A DNA stretch of 64,000 nt from contig JAQBYT010000002.1 in the NCBI GenBank assembly GCA_027622665.1, positions 64,001-128,000 of the forward strand, written 5' to 3'. The notes under the pieces are model-generated. The model ran no database searches, had not been told where the DNA came from, and was given only the letters and a program-made list of their open reading frames with translations. Both the position numbers and the translations under genes were made by a program. Source of the stretch: Verrucomicrobiota bacterium (GTDB taxonomy: Bacteria; Verrucomicrobiota; Verrucomicrobiia; Opitutales; Seribacteraceae). Every line of letters starts with the position of its first letter. Positions within the stretch are counted from its first letter, which is position 1. This document shows positions 48,554 to 58,100 of the stretch, in pieces.

Positions 48554-49783
48554 ATGAACATCCCCGAAGAGGAAATGCAGAACATGGGCCCTGCCACGCG
48601 CTCGATTCATTGTGGCGAAGGCGTTGACGCGGAAACCAAGGCCATACGCCGCCCCATAGTCTTGGCGAATAGTTTCGAACTCAATGACGATGCCGATACT
48701 TTGTCTGAATCATTTTTGTGGGAGAATACCCATGCTTACAATTATCCACGTTCCCGGCATCCCAATGCACGTTACCTGGAGGAACGATTGGCAGGAATGG
48801 AAAATGGTGAGGACTGTGTGGTGTTCGCAAGTGGGGTGGCTGCCATTTCGGGAACGTTTTTCAGCCTGCTAAGCGCGGGCGACCACATCATCAGTTCCAG
48901 AATTTGTTACATTGGCATACACGGTCTGCTCAACGAGCATTTGGCAAAACGTTTTGGGGTCGAGGTCTCATTGGTTGACACTTGGGATGCCGACAACGTG
49001 CAGGCGGCCCTTCGGCCCAATACAAAAGTCATCCATATCGAGACTCCCGCCAACCCCACTACCTGTATCAGCGACATCGAAGCCATCGCTCGCATAGCCA
49101 AGAGGGCTTGCGTGATTCTATCGGTGGACAGCACTTTTGCAGGTGTCGTCACACAGGACCCGCTGGCGTTAGGCGCCGATCTGGTGATGCATAGCCTGAC
49201 GAAATACGTCAACGGGCACGGTGACGGGCTCGGCGGTTCGGTGACCGGACGGCAGGATTTAATTACGCGGATTCGAGACGCTGCAAGCGTTCACCTTGGG
49301 GCAACGATCAATCCTTTCAATGCATGGTTGATCATGCGGAGCGCCGCCACATTGCCGCTTCGCATGAAACAACACTGTGAAAACGGCATGCATATCGCTC
49401 GATTTCTTGAGGCGCATCCAAAGGTTTCCTTTGTGCGGTATCCGGGGCTAAAAAGTCATTCTCAGCATGAGCTCGCAAAGAAGCAAATGAATGGTTTCGG
49501 CGGCATGATGAACATTGGCCTGAAGGGCGAATCAGAGAACTACTTTCGGTTTCTCAAGAACCTCAAACTTGTGACCCACGCAGTATGTCTCGGTCATGCG
49601 GAATCACTGGTACAGTATTATCCTCAGGAAGGAGATCGCCCCGAAATCGGTGTCCTCAATTATCCGGAGGATATCGGGGAAGGCTTCCTGCGTCTCAGTG
49701 TGGGGCTTGAGGATGCCGAGGATATCGTGGCGGACCTTCGGCAAGCACTCGATCACGTGGCGCTGCCATCGGAGGATACTTGA
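48554..49783 (+). CDS. PLP-dependent Cys/Met-metabolism enzyme (methionine gamma-lyase/cystathionine gamma-synthase family)
   Basis: FASGVAAI, IETPANPT, VDSTFA, HSLTKYVNGHGD (PLP Lys), LRLSVGLEDAEDIVADL. Confidence 0.9.
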   Translation: MNIPEEEMQNMGPATRSIHCGEGVDAETKAIRRPIVLANSFELNDDADTLSESFLWENTHAYNYPRSRHPNARYLEERLAGMENGEDCVVFASGVAAISGTFFSLLSAGDHIISSRICYIGIHGLLNEHLAKRFGVEVSLVDTWDADNVQAALRPNTKVIHIETPANPTTCISDIEAIARIAKRACVILSVDSTFAGVVTQDPLALGADLVMHSLTKYVNGHGDGLGGSVTGRQDLITRIRDAASVHLGATINPFNAWLIMRSAATLPLRMKQHCENGMHIARFLEAHPKVSFVRYPGLKSHSQHELAKKQMNGFGGMMNIGLKGESENYFRFLKNLKLVTHAVCLGHAESLVQYYPQEGDRPEIGVLNYPEDIGEGFLRLSVGLEDAEDIVADLRQALDHVALPSEDT

Positions 49784-49786
49784 TCA

Positions 49787-51049
49787 ATGGCTGACTCAAG
49801 ACAGGTCGAGCAAGCCTATTCATTGGCTCGTGAACGCTACGCCTCCCTTGGAGTCGACGCGTCGGCCGCCTTGGAGAACGTTTCCGAAATTTCCATATCA
49901 CTGCAATGCTGGCAAGGCGATGATGTCAGAGGATTCGAAGATAGCGGTGCAGAGATTGGAGGGGGGTTGGCCGTAACCGGTAATTATCCGGGCAAAGCGA
50001 CTACGGTGGATGAACTGCGTTCAGACCTTGAACAGGCCTACTCCTTGATTCCCGGTAGTCACCGACTAAATCTGCACGCATGTTACGGTGAGTTTCCGAA
50101 GCGCGTTGAGCGTGATCAGTTCGGTGTCGAACATTTTCAAGGTTGGATTGATTGGGCAAGGCATCAAGAGGTCAAGCTTGACTTCAACCCAACTTATTTT
50201 GCTCACGAAAAGGCTGCCGATGGCTTTACGCTTTCCCACTACGATGCCGGTATTCGGTCGTTTTGGATCGATCATGGAATCGCGTGCAGGAAGATTGGCG
50301 CCGCCATGGGTAAGGCACAGCGCAGTCCCTGCGTGACGAACGTCTGGGTGCCTGACGGACATAAGGATACACCGGCGGATCGCCGTGCTCCCCGCGAGCG
50401 CTTGGCTCAATCTCTGGATTCCATCTTTGCAGAAAAAATAGATTCATTACACAACCTTGACGCCGTCGAGTGCAAGCTCTTCGGAATCGGGTCCGAGAGT
50501 TACGTCGTCGGGTCACACGAGTTTTATTTGGGATATGCCATTTCACGAAACAAACTCCTCTGCATGGATAGCGGCCATTTTCATCCGACCGAGGTTGTTT
50601 CCGACAAGCTTTCCTCTGTGCTGATGTATGTTCCTGAGATACTCCTTCACATCAGTCGTGGCGTTCGTTGGGACAGTGACCACGTGGTGACTCTTGGGGA
50701 TGAATTGCAGGCGATTGCACAGGAGCTTATTCGCGGCGATTACCTGGACCGTGTCCACATCGGCTTGGACTTTTTTGACGCAAGCATCAATCGTGTCGCT
50801 GCCTGGGTGATCGGCGCTCGCAACACGCTTAAGGCACTCCTTTTTGCCCTGTTGGAGCCAACGGGACAACTCAAGGAACTGGAGCTTGATGGCGATTTTA
50901 CCCGGCGATTGGCCTTGATGGAAGAACTCAAGTCGATGCCATTCGGCTCGGTTTGGGACTACCATTGCATGAAGTCCGGATCACCTGTTGGGGCAGATTG
51001 GCTGGACGAAGTGAGGGCATACGAAAAAGACGTGCTTTCTTTGCGTTGA
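49787..51049 (+). CDS. rhaA: L-rhamnose isomerase
   Basis: [76 protein letters not shown]. Confidence 0.95.
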   Translation: MADSRQVEQAYSLARERYASLGVDASAALENVSEISISLQCWQGDDVRGFEDSGAEIGGGLAVTGNYPGKATTVDELRSDLEQAYSLIPGSHRLNLHACYGEFPKRVERDQFGVEHFQGWIDWARHQEVKLDFNPTYFAHEKAADGFTLSHYDAGIRSFWIDHGIACRKIGAAMGKAQRSPCVTNVWVPDGHKDTPADRRAPRERLAQSLDSIFAEKIDSLHNLDAVECKLFGIGSESYVVGSHEFYLGYAISRNKLLCMDSGHFHPTEVVSDKLSSVLMYVPEILLHISRGVRWDSDHVVTLGDELQAIAQELIRGDYLDRVHIGLDFFDASINRVAAWVIGARNTLKALLFALLEPTGQLKELELDGDFTRRLALMEELKSMPFGSVWDYHCMKSGSPVGADWLDEVRAYEKDVLSLR

Positions 51050-51108
51050 TTATTCTCCCATGCCTTATGTGTCTTGAGTCTAAACTCTGTTAACTTAATA
51101 AGCGATAA

Positions 51109-52719
51109 ATGAAGAAGATTCGACCGTTGGTATTTCTTCCTCCTTTTCTACTGTTGTTGATTGCGGTGTTGATGAACTTTGTGGATAAGGACGCCTTTAC
51201 GAAGACGATGACCGATGCCAATGACGGTGTTCTTGCTGTATTCGGCAAGGTCTTTGCCGTCGCGCCGTTGCTGATGCTTGCGACGTGCATCATTCTTTTC
51301 TTCTCTCCTTTCGGGCGTGTTATCATCGGCGGGCCTGATGCCAAGCCACTGTTGACCCGATGGCGTTGGTTTTCCATCACCCTATGCACCACCATTGCCA
51401 TCGGCATTTTGTTCTGGTCAACGGCCGAGCCGATGACTCATCTTGGCGCTCCTCCAAAGAGTCTTGGCATTGAGCCTCGCAGCGCTGAGGCAGCTGCTTT
51501 TGCGCTGGACACACTTCTTCTCCATTGGACCTTCACACCGTATGCTATTTATACGATTACGGGGCTCATGTTTGCCTTTGCCTATTACAACATGAAAAAG
51601 CCCTTTAGCCTGGGCTCGCCGCTATCGCCCCTGCTTGGGAAATACACAGAGGGATACGCCGGGCAGATCATTGATGCAGTTTGCCTCTACTCTCTGGTTG
51701 CCGGAATGGCGGCATCGCTCGGTGCCGGCATGTTGCTGCTTTCCGGTGGTGTCACTCACATTTGGGGGATAGAAGGGTCTCCTCTCCTATGGGGAATCAT
51801 CGTCACGCTGATTGTGGCTGCCTTCACGATTTCTGCGATCACCGGCCTCATGAAGGGCATTCGGATTCTCTCAACCGTTAACACGGTCTTCCTCTTTTTC
51901 CTTTTGATCTTTGTTTTTGTTTTTGGTCCCACGAAACACATCCTTGTCGAAGGTCTGGATGCCTGTGTTCATTTCGTGACGGGTTTTGTTGAGAAAAACA
52001 TATGGACTGTTACGACTGATGATGCTTGGGCTGATCAATGGACCATCTTTTATTGGGCCAATTGGTTTGCCTGGGCACCCATTAGCGTGGCCTTTCTCGG
52101 ACGCATCTCCTATGGACACTCCGTTCGCTCTTTTCTCGTCGTCAACCTCATGCTCCCGGCTGTCTTTACAGGTATTTGGATGATTGTATTTGGAAACGCA
52201 GCCATCCATCTTGAACTGTTTCAGGGGGCCAATTTGATCGAGACGCTCAATCAGGAAAAGGGTGGCGGCGCCGAGGGCGTATTGTACGCTTTCCTCTCTT
52301 ATTTTCCTTTGGTTGAATTCTTGATCCCGGTATTCCTGCTTGCTACCTTTCTCTCGTTTGTGACTGCGGCCGACTCCAATACCTCGGCGATGGGCGGCCT
52401 CAGTTCAACCGGGATTTCCCCTGAGAGCCCCGAGCCGAGTCGTTTGATCAAGATTGTCTGGGGCGTAATGATCGGCCTGATTGCTTGGGTAATGATAAGT
52501 TTTGCCCATCTCGATGGGATTCGAATGCTTTCCACCCTTGGTGGATTGCCAGCTCTTTTTCTGTGTCTTGGTGCCACCATCTGCATCATCATGGTGGCCT
52601 TCGATCCGAAGAAATACGACACATTCAAAACTGGTTACGACGACTTGGGTAAGCCTTTGACAAAAATTTTAGCAGAGAATGTGAACAGTGTGAAAGAGTC
52701 CGACAAAGAAGTCGTTTGA
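51109..52719 (+). CDS. BCCT-family (betaine/carnitine/choline) transporter
   Basis: About 12 TMs, GIGILFW-like AIGILFWSTAEP, LLHW, WTIFYWANWFAWAP, FLGRISYG, FVTAADS. Confidence 0.92.
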   Translation: MKKIRPLVFLPPFLLLLIAVLMNFVDKDAFTKTMTDANDGVLAVFGKVFAVAPLLMLATCIILFFSPFGRVIIGGPDAKPLLTRWRWFSITLCTTIAIGILFWSTAEPMTHLGAPPKSLGIEPRSAEAAAFALDTLLLHWTFTPYAIYTITGLMFAFAYYNMKKPFSLGSPLSPLLGKYTEGYAGQIIDAVCLYSLVAGMAASLGAGMLLLSGGVTHIWGIEGSPLLWGIIVTLIVAAFTISAITGLMKGIRILSTVNTVFLFFLLIFVFVFGPTKHILVEGLDACVHFVTGFVEKNIWTVTTDDAWADQWTIFYWANWFAWAPISVAFLGRISYGHSVRSFLVVNLMLPAVFTGIWMIVFGNAAIHLELFQGANLIETLNQEKGGGAEGVLYAFLSYFPLVEFLIPVFLLATFLSFVTAADSNTSAMGGLSSTGISPESPEPSRLIKIVWGVMIGLIAWVMISFAHLDGIRMLSTLGGLPALFLCLGATICIIMVAFDPKKYDTFKTGYDDLGKPLTKILAENVNSVKESDKEVV

Positions 52720-52720
52720 T

Positions 52721-52857
52721 TTCATCCGGTGCTCCATTCGCGACAGCAACTTGTTTCCCGAAAATCTCTCCCCAAGGACAGCACAGCATTTATGGTCTAT
52801 GTTGTTCGGAACAGGGGAGGGTGTAGCGACAACCACTCCGCTTCGGATTTGGTGGAG
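52721..52857 (+). pseudogene. Frameshifted 3' remnant of a third alpha/beta hydrolase paralog
   Basis: Aligns to 44871-45008 with a 1-nt deletion: FIRCSIRDS/LVSRKSLPKDSTAFMVYVVRNRGG..DNHSASDLVE vs FIQCSIKDSELVSQKSLPKDATAFMVYVFRDRGG..DNHAASDLVE. Confidence 0.85.
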
Positions 52858-53005
52858 TACCTTACCCATCCTCCTCTTTCAAAGTCAAAGCATCGGGATA
52901 TTCGCCAACGGGAGAGACGCCCCCAGTGGTATCAATTATCTCGGAGATGGGCCACAGCAATACGATGTCTTGCTGAAATTTCGCGGTGACTCTCGGCTTC
53001 GCAAC

Positions 53006-53158
53006 CTAATTCTTGCCTATTGCTTTTTCGAGATCCTTGATGCGCTCAGTGAGTTTCTTTATTTTATCTTTATTCAGCATGTTATCCGCCATCAATCCGC
53101 AGATGAGTATAATTGCAACATGAGAGGTTTCGAATATGCCATTTAAGATTTCAAACAT
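53006..53158 (-). CDS. Small (50 aa) hypothetical protein, hydrophobic segment plus coiled coil
   Basis: MFEILNGIFETSHVAIILICGLMADNMLNKDKIKKLTERIKDLEKAIGKN*; below ORF-track cutoff. Confidence 0.5.
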   Translation of the reverse strand: MFEILNGIFETSHVAIILICGLMADNMLNKDKIKKLTERIKDLEKAIGKN

Positions 53159-53219
53159 GATCAAGTTGAGAACTTATTTGAATCTGGGTCAACTTGTTGA
53201 CGACACTGGTTTTGTTCTA

Positions 53220-53248
53220 CATTTCAAAAACAGGTTTTGGTTGAAATG
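53220..53248 (-). terminator. Possible hairpin terminator after ThuA gene
   Basis: CATTTCAA-AAAC..GTTT..-TTGAAATG inverted repeat 7 bp past the stop; AT-rich stem. Confidence 0.3.
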
Positions 53249-53255
53249 AACGGTC

Positions 53256-54185
53256 TTACTTCCTGCGGTTCTTGTAGTTCATCATCGTGTCTCTCGTGCC
53301 GACCATTCCCTTGTCATCGGTGATTCCTGCAAAGACGATCGGCATGAAGGCTTCCGGTTTCTCTTCCAGGGCCCAGGCGATACCCCGCACCAGGAGCAAG
53401 CGGTACATCGGATCGTGGTAGGTGTAGGTGAAATGCCCGGTGGTCGTCCCGAAGACGCGTCCCTTTCCCGAGGTATAGGTCCAGAATGCCTGTCCCCGTG
53501 CTCCTTTTGAGCTGAGCACCTCGGCGAATGATTGGGCCTCCGTGTTGGCCGCGGTGCCGACTGCCCCGATGACCTCCACCTTGTCGCGCTGGATCATGTC
53601 CCAATACGATTCGTCGTTGAACCGGATGCTCTTGGGCAAGCCGGCAAATACAGGGTGCTTCGTGTTGAGGAAAAGTGGTTCCTTCCGGCTGAACTTGCTC
53701 CAGCGGGAGTCTTTGTTGCCTTTCCAGGAGCACCCGATGCAGCCGGCCAACTTGTGGGCCCGGTCAATCGGTCGAATGATGCATGATTCGTGAATGGACA
53801 CCACCCCTGCACCGTCATCGACGAACTTCTGGTAGCTCGCGAACTGCTTGTCCGTGATGGCAGGTTGATGAAGGTACTGAATCAACAGGTCCGCCTTGTC
53901 GAACTGGGCTTGGGAAGGGAACTGATAGGCTTCGTCGACGGAAACACCTGGAATCTTCTTCAACAAGGGCACGAACAATTCCTTGACCCGAATGTAGTCG
54001 TGTTCGCCTCCCTTGTGGTCCTCCGGCCCATAGAGCCAAAGAATGCGGATGTCCTTGCTGAGCGAGGCTTTCTCGAAGTCGCCGGTTAGTTTCAGCAACT
54101 TTGCTTTGGGCACGGGCTGGTTCGGTTGGGCTGTCAGCAGAGAAGTGAAGGCCAAGGCGCAAAAAAAGGTGATGGAATTTTTCAT
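53256..54185 (-). CDS. ThuA-like secreted protein
   Basis: Signal peptide, GPEDHKGGEHDY, GVVSIH, HPVFAGLP..DESY, GRVFGTTTGH..LLVRGIAWA. Confidence 0.82.
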   Translation of the reverse strand: MKNSITFFCALAFTSLLTAQPNQPVPKAKLLKLTGDFEKASLSKDIRILWLYGPEDHKGGEHDYIRVKELFVPLLKKIPGVSVDEAYQFPSQAQFDKADLLIQYLHQPAITDKQFASYQKFVDDGAGVVSIHESCIIRPIDRAHKLAGCIGCSWKGNKDSRWSKFSRKEPLFLNTKHPVFAGLPKSIRFNDESYWDMIQRDKVEVIGAVGTAANTEAQSFAEVLSSKGARGQAFWTYTSGKGRVFGTTTGHFTYTYHDPMYRLLLVRGIAWALEEKPEAFMPIVFAGITDDKGMVGTRDTMMNYKNRRK

Positions 54186-54205
54186 GGTATCTTTAAATTC
54201 AGGAG

Positions 54206-54715
54206 CTATGGTTTTGCGAGGATTCGAATCCAGTTCAGGCAAGTGTTTGAGTTGCCGTGTTTGTCTTGATCTAAGCTAGCCTTGATTTTCGCACTCGCAT
54301 GGAGTCCGATCTCGATTGTCAGCGTGCCGTCCTGAACCTCCACTTCAACTCGTTTTTCCGCAAAATGACCGCTTGGCGTCGTGAGGTTGCGAAACACCAC
54401 TTGGCTTTCGACGGTTAGGTTTTGGCCCAATTGTTTGTGTTCCAAATCCCCGATAGACAAATCTACCAAGTACTTTCCGTTTGGCAGGACATATTCCCAA
54501 AGGTTATGGCCGCGAGTAAAGACGAAACTATTTCGGAGGCTGTTTTTTCCAGAATTGCGTAGTCGGGTATTTCCGGAAAGGTCGTGTCGCCACCCGAACC
54601 CTTTTTTCTCACCGAAGAGTCCGCCTGAATCGTTTGTGAACCCATCTGCCTCGATCCCACCAGAGGCAGTGAAGTTGATCGCTCGAACAATCTTGGCCGA
54701 TGGAGGGACTGGACC
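54206..54715 (-). pseudogene. 3' fragment of a protein ending in a galactose-binding/malectin-like beta-sandwich
   Basis: Open frame without start: AINFT...NDSGGLF...FGW...WEYVLPNGKYLVDLSIGD...VEVQDGTLTIEIG...NTCLNWIRI*. Confidence 0.65.
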
Positions 54716-55062
54716 CGCGACGTATAAACCAGCACGTCCTTGCCCTTGCAGACCGGCAGATAACTGCCCTGGCCGGGACGGACGAGAACGTTGGCCTGAT
54801 GCTGGCCGATCGTTACCTTCTCCCAGCTTGCCTTTTCGGTCGCGCTTTGGGAGAGATCCCGCCCCACTTTGTGCATCAGGACCCTGGCCTTTTCCGGATT
54901 CTCGCAGACAAACCTGCGCCCGGTCACGTTGCCGCTTGTCTCCAGCTTGGATTCGTTTACCTTGCCAAACCCGCGCAGCTCCCCGGCAAAAAGACTGGCG
55001 CCGAAACTGCCAATAACAATCAAACCAGCCAATAATACTTTTGTTGTTGATCTTATCTTCAT
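54716..55062 (-). pseudogene. 5' fragment of a paralog of the upstream giant glycoside-hydrolase-like protein
   Basis: Signal peptide, LRGFGKV..RFVCENPEKA..KVGRDL matches LRGYGSL..RLRCATAEKA..KYRSDL of 55147-59061; breaks off after ~115 aa. Confidence 0.7.
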
Positions 55063-55146
55063 GCTTGTTCTCCGTTTTGTTCTATTGTCGTCATTTTTCT
55101 CTCCTTGTGTGTTTAGATAACAGTGTCTTGTTGATTCAATCCCCGA

Positions 55147-58100
55147 CTACAGTTGATCCGGGTCGTAATAGCGTATCTCCACCACCTTCACCTCCGTAGT
55201 ATGCTTGGGGTACTGCGACATCAGCGACAGGTCGTTGGGACGGTCGTATTGCAGGAAGGGGGTGATGTCCACCATGGCATGCCTCCCGGCAAAATCCCGG
55301 TTGATCAGCCGGCCATTGAGGAAGAAACGTGCGACGGTGTCCCCCTCCGTTTCAATCCAGAGCAGCGCCCGTTTCCCCTTCATGGCCGGGTCCGGAACGA
55401 ACGTACGGCGCACCTGGTCACGCTCCATTTTCGTATTCCCGGGAAGTTGCACCCCATTCCAGTCCCCGGCCAGGGACTGCCGGGCCGCTGGTTCCGGGAC
55501 ATGTTCCAGCCAGACGTTGCCGACAATGCCGCCGATGACCGACAGCGTTTCGGTCGCCACCGCAAGCGTGTGCTCGCCCGGCGTCAAACGGGCGGTGATG
55601 TTCTCACAAATGTAGCCGTGTTCCCCGCCCGTCACGGGCTTGCCGTCCAGATAGACTTGCATCTTGCCGCCCGGCAGGGTGGGATAGCCTGGACTCGCCC
55701 CCCGGATCCAGAGCCAGGTCTGCCCCTGCGCGCGCCAATCGTCCGGCACGCTGAAGCGTTTGCGGAAGATGCCGCGCTTCGTGTCCGGGTATTTCGTTCC
55801 GTACCAGACGCCGATGTCCATGCGGTCCCACGCGTGGTCGTCAACGTCGGCGCCGGCCAGCGCCACGGCGTCCTTCATTTCGGCCGGCACGGGGCGGAAA
55901 GCCCAGTCCGCGTCCAGCGGCAACGTGTTCTGCCATGGTCGAAGTTTTGGCGCCGGGGCCGGGGCCCGGGTCCCTTTCCACCAGTCGCGTTGCAGGTTGA
56001 TCCATTCCAGCGGCGCGGCGGCGATCCCCGGGCGCGGCGCCAGGAACACGTACGTCTCCATCGGCTCAATCTTCAACCCGGAAAAACTCGTATTATTGCC
56101 GGCGATCACGCCGGTCACGTTCGAGTCGGCGAGAATGTCGCGCATCGTGGTCCGGTTGCCGGGCACCGTGAGCGTGACGGAGGATGGTTCCTTGATGAAG
56201 ACCGCGGAAACGACATACACGTCATACAACCCGTTGTTGCTGACAAAGTGCGCCGTGCGGCACCCCGCCGCCTGCGGCGCGGCCGGCACATCCACCCCGC
56301 ACCATTTCAGCAATTCCGTCCACCCGGTCGCGACACGGGGCATCTGGGTCCCCATGGCGATCACCTTGCCCTTGCCCAGTGGCCGCACCCCCATGGCGAT
56401 CTTGCCGTCCTCCCACATGAGGATGTCCTGGCACTCCGGCGCCACCTTTTCCAGGAACACGCCCGCTCCGCCCACGGCCGGACGATGAGCGTCGCGCTTG
56501 GACCAGGCCGGGTCGGCAAACACGGTCTGCCCGTCCACCGGCGCCACCCGACTGTTATCGTTGTACCCCACCGGCTTGTACCCGGTCAGCCGGTTGATCG
56601 GCCAGGCATCCGGGATTTCCGGCGTATGGCGCCCGGTGTGCCCCTGCGTGACAAAGATGCCGCCAGCCCGCACCCACGCCTCGATACGGTCGATCAGCGC
56701 GTCGTCCATCACCAGCGTGGCATCATCGATGATCACTTTGTAGCGATCGGCGTTCCCGCGCGCAAAATCGCTCTCGTTGATCAGGTCGCGCGGGTTGGGA
56801 ACCGCGTAGTGCGACTCCAGTCCGCGACCGCGATGGCCCCATAACAGGGCCGTGGGTCTGAAGCTGTCCCACGGGAAACCGGTCAATCGACGCGATCGCA
56901 CACCTTCCAGAACCGCCACCTCCGCCCGCGGCCCGTGATACTTGCCGAACAGGTGCACCAGCGGCTGGCGCGCCTCGAACCAGGCTTTCAGGTCCGGCCG
57001 CCACAGGATGTCGCCGATGTCCATGAAGTAATCGATGGCGTTCACTCCTTCCGTCAGCCAGTTTGAAAAAAACGCCTTCAACGAGGGCAGGTCGTATGCC
57101 GGGTTCCCGGGTTCCAGGCTGAAGGGAAGCCCGGAACTGCGCGACAGCGACGGCAGCCGGTCTATCCAGGTGCCGGTCATGCCGCCGGTGTCCTGGATAT
57201 AGCAACCGTACTCCTCCCCCATCATTTTCAGGATGTCGGAATGATCCTGGGGCGACATGAATTTGATCGCTTTGTCGGGATCTTCGCGTCGGATCGCCTC
57301 GACCGAACGGCGCAGACCGTCCTCGCGCAGCCAGGCGATAAAGTCGCAATAGTCCACCCACCGCGCGTTCTGCTCCGGCCCGAGATCGGGATAACAGCGC
57401 GGCGCTTCCGGCGAGAGATAGACGCGGTAGGACAGTTTCCCCCACGGCAACCGCAGGGCGACATGGTTGGTCCCGGGACGCAGCAGGCCGCCGACCTCGA
57501 ATGCCACCCAGGATAGATGGGCGGGATAGGTCTGGGCCGGCAGGCGCTGACCATTGACGGCAATCTCCATCGTGAGACCGCCCTTTTCCAGCGTCCAGGC
57601 ATAGAGCCAGACCTTGCCCCCGGCCTTCACCCGGGCCAGTTGCTCGTCAGTCAGTTCGAACGTGCGCCGAAAAATGGTCGGCGCGCGCCGTTGTTCCCGG
57701 AACATTGTCCGGTCGTCGCCCGGCGCCACAATCTTCTGCCAGCCGCTGTCATCGAGATCAGGGACATTCCACTTGTCCTTCGCCTCGGCCGGCAACTTCT
57801 CCACCAGCTCGCGGCGCCACTCGCCTTTCAAATCGACCGCCTCTTCCCCCCAGCCCAGGAATTCCGCCGGCTCGGGCAGGCGGATATCGTCCCAGTTCTT
57901 GATCCGCCCACGACCGCCCGACCAGCGTTGGTCCACCGTCGCGGGCTTGCCGTATTTGCCGCGCAACCAGTCGCGGTAACGCGCATCGGCGACCGGACCG
58001 TAAACCATGAACTTCGCATGGTCGGTGCTACCGAGTTCACCGTGCCATTCGCCGTAACCCAACACGTTGGTGAAACCGCCATACCGGCGCACGGATTGGT

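Noticed and set aside
47186..53167. 12-bp direct repeat CATGATCAAGTT (47186-47197, 53156-53167) bracketing the oxidase-BCCT module as possible att sites
   Set aside because: 12-mer matches are expected by chance in 64 kb, there is no integrase, and the right copy lies beyond the apparent module boundary
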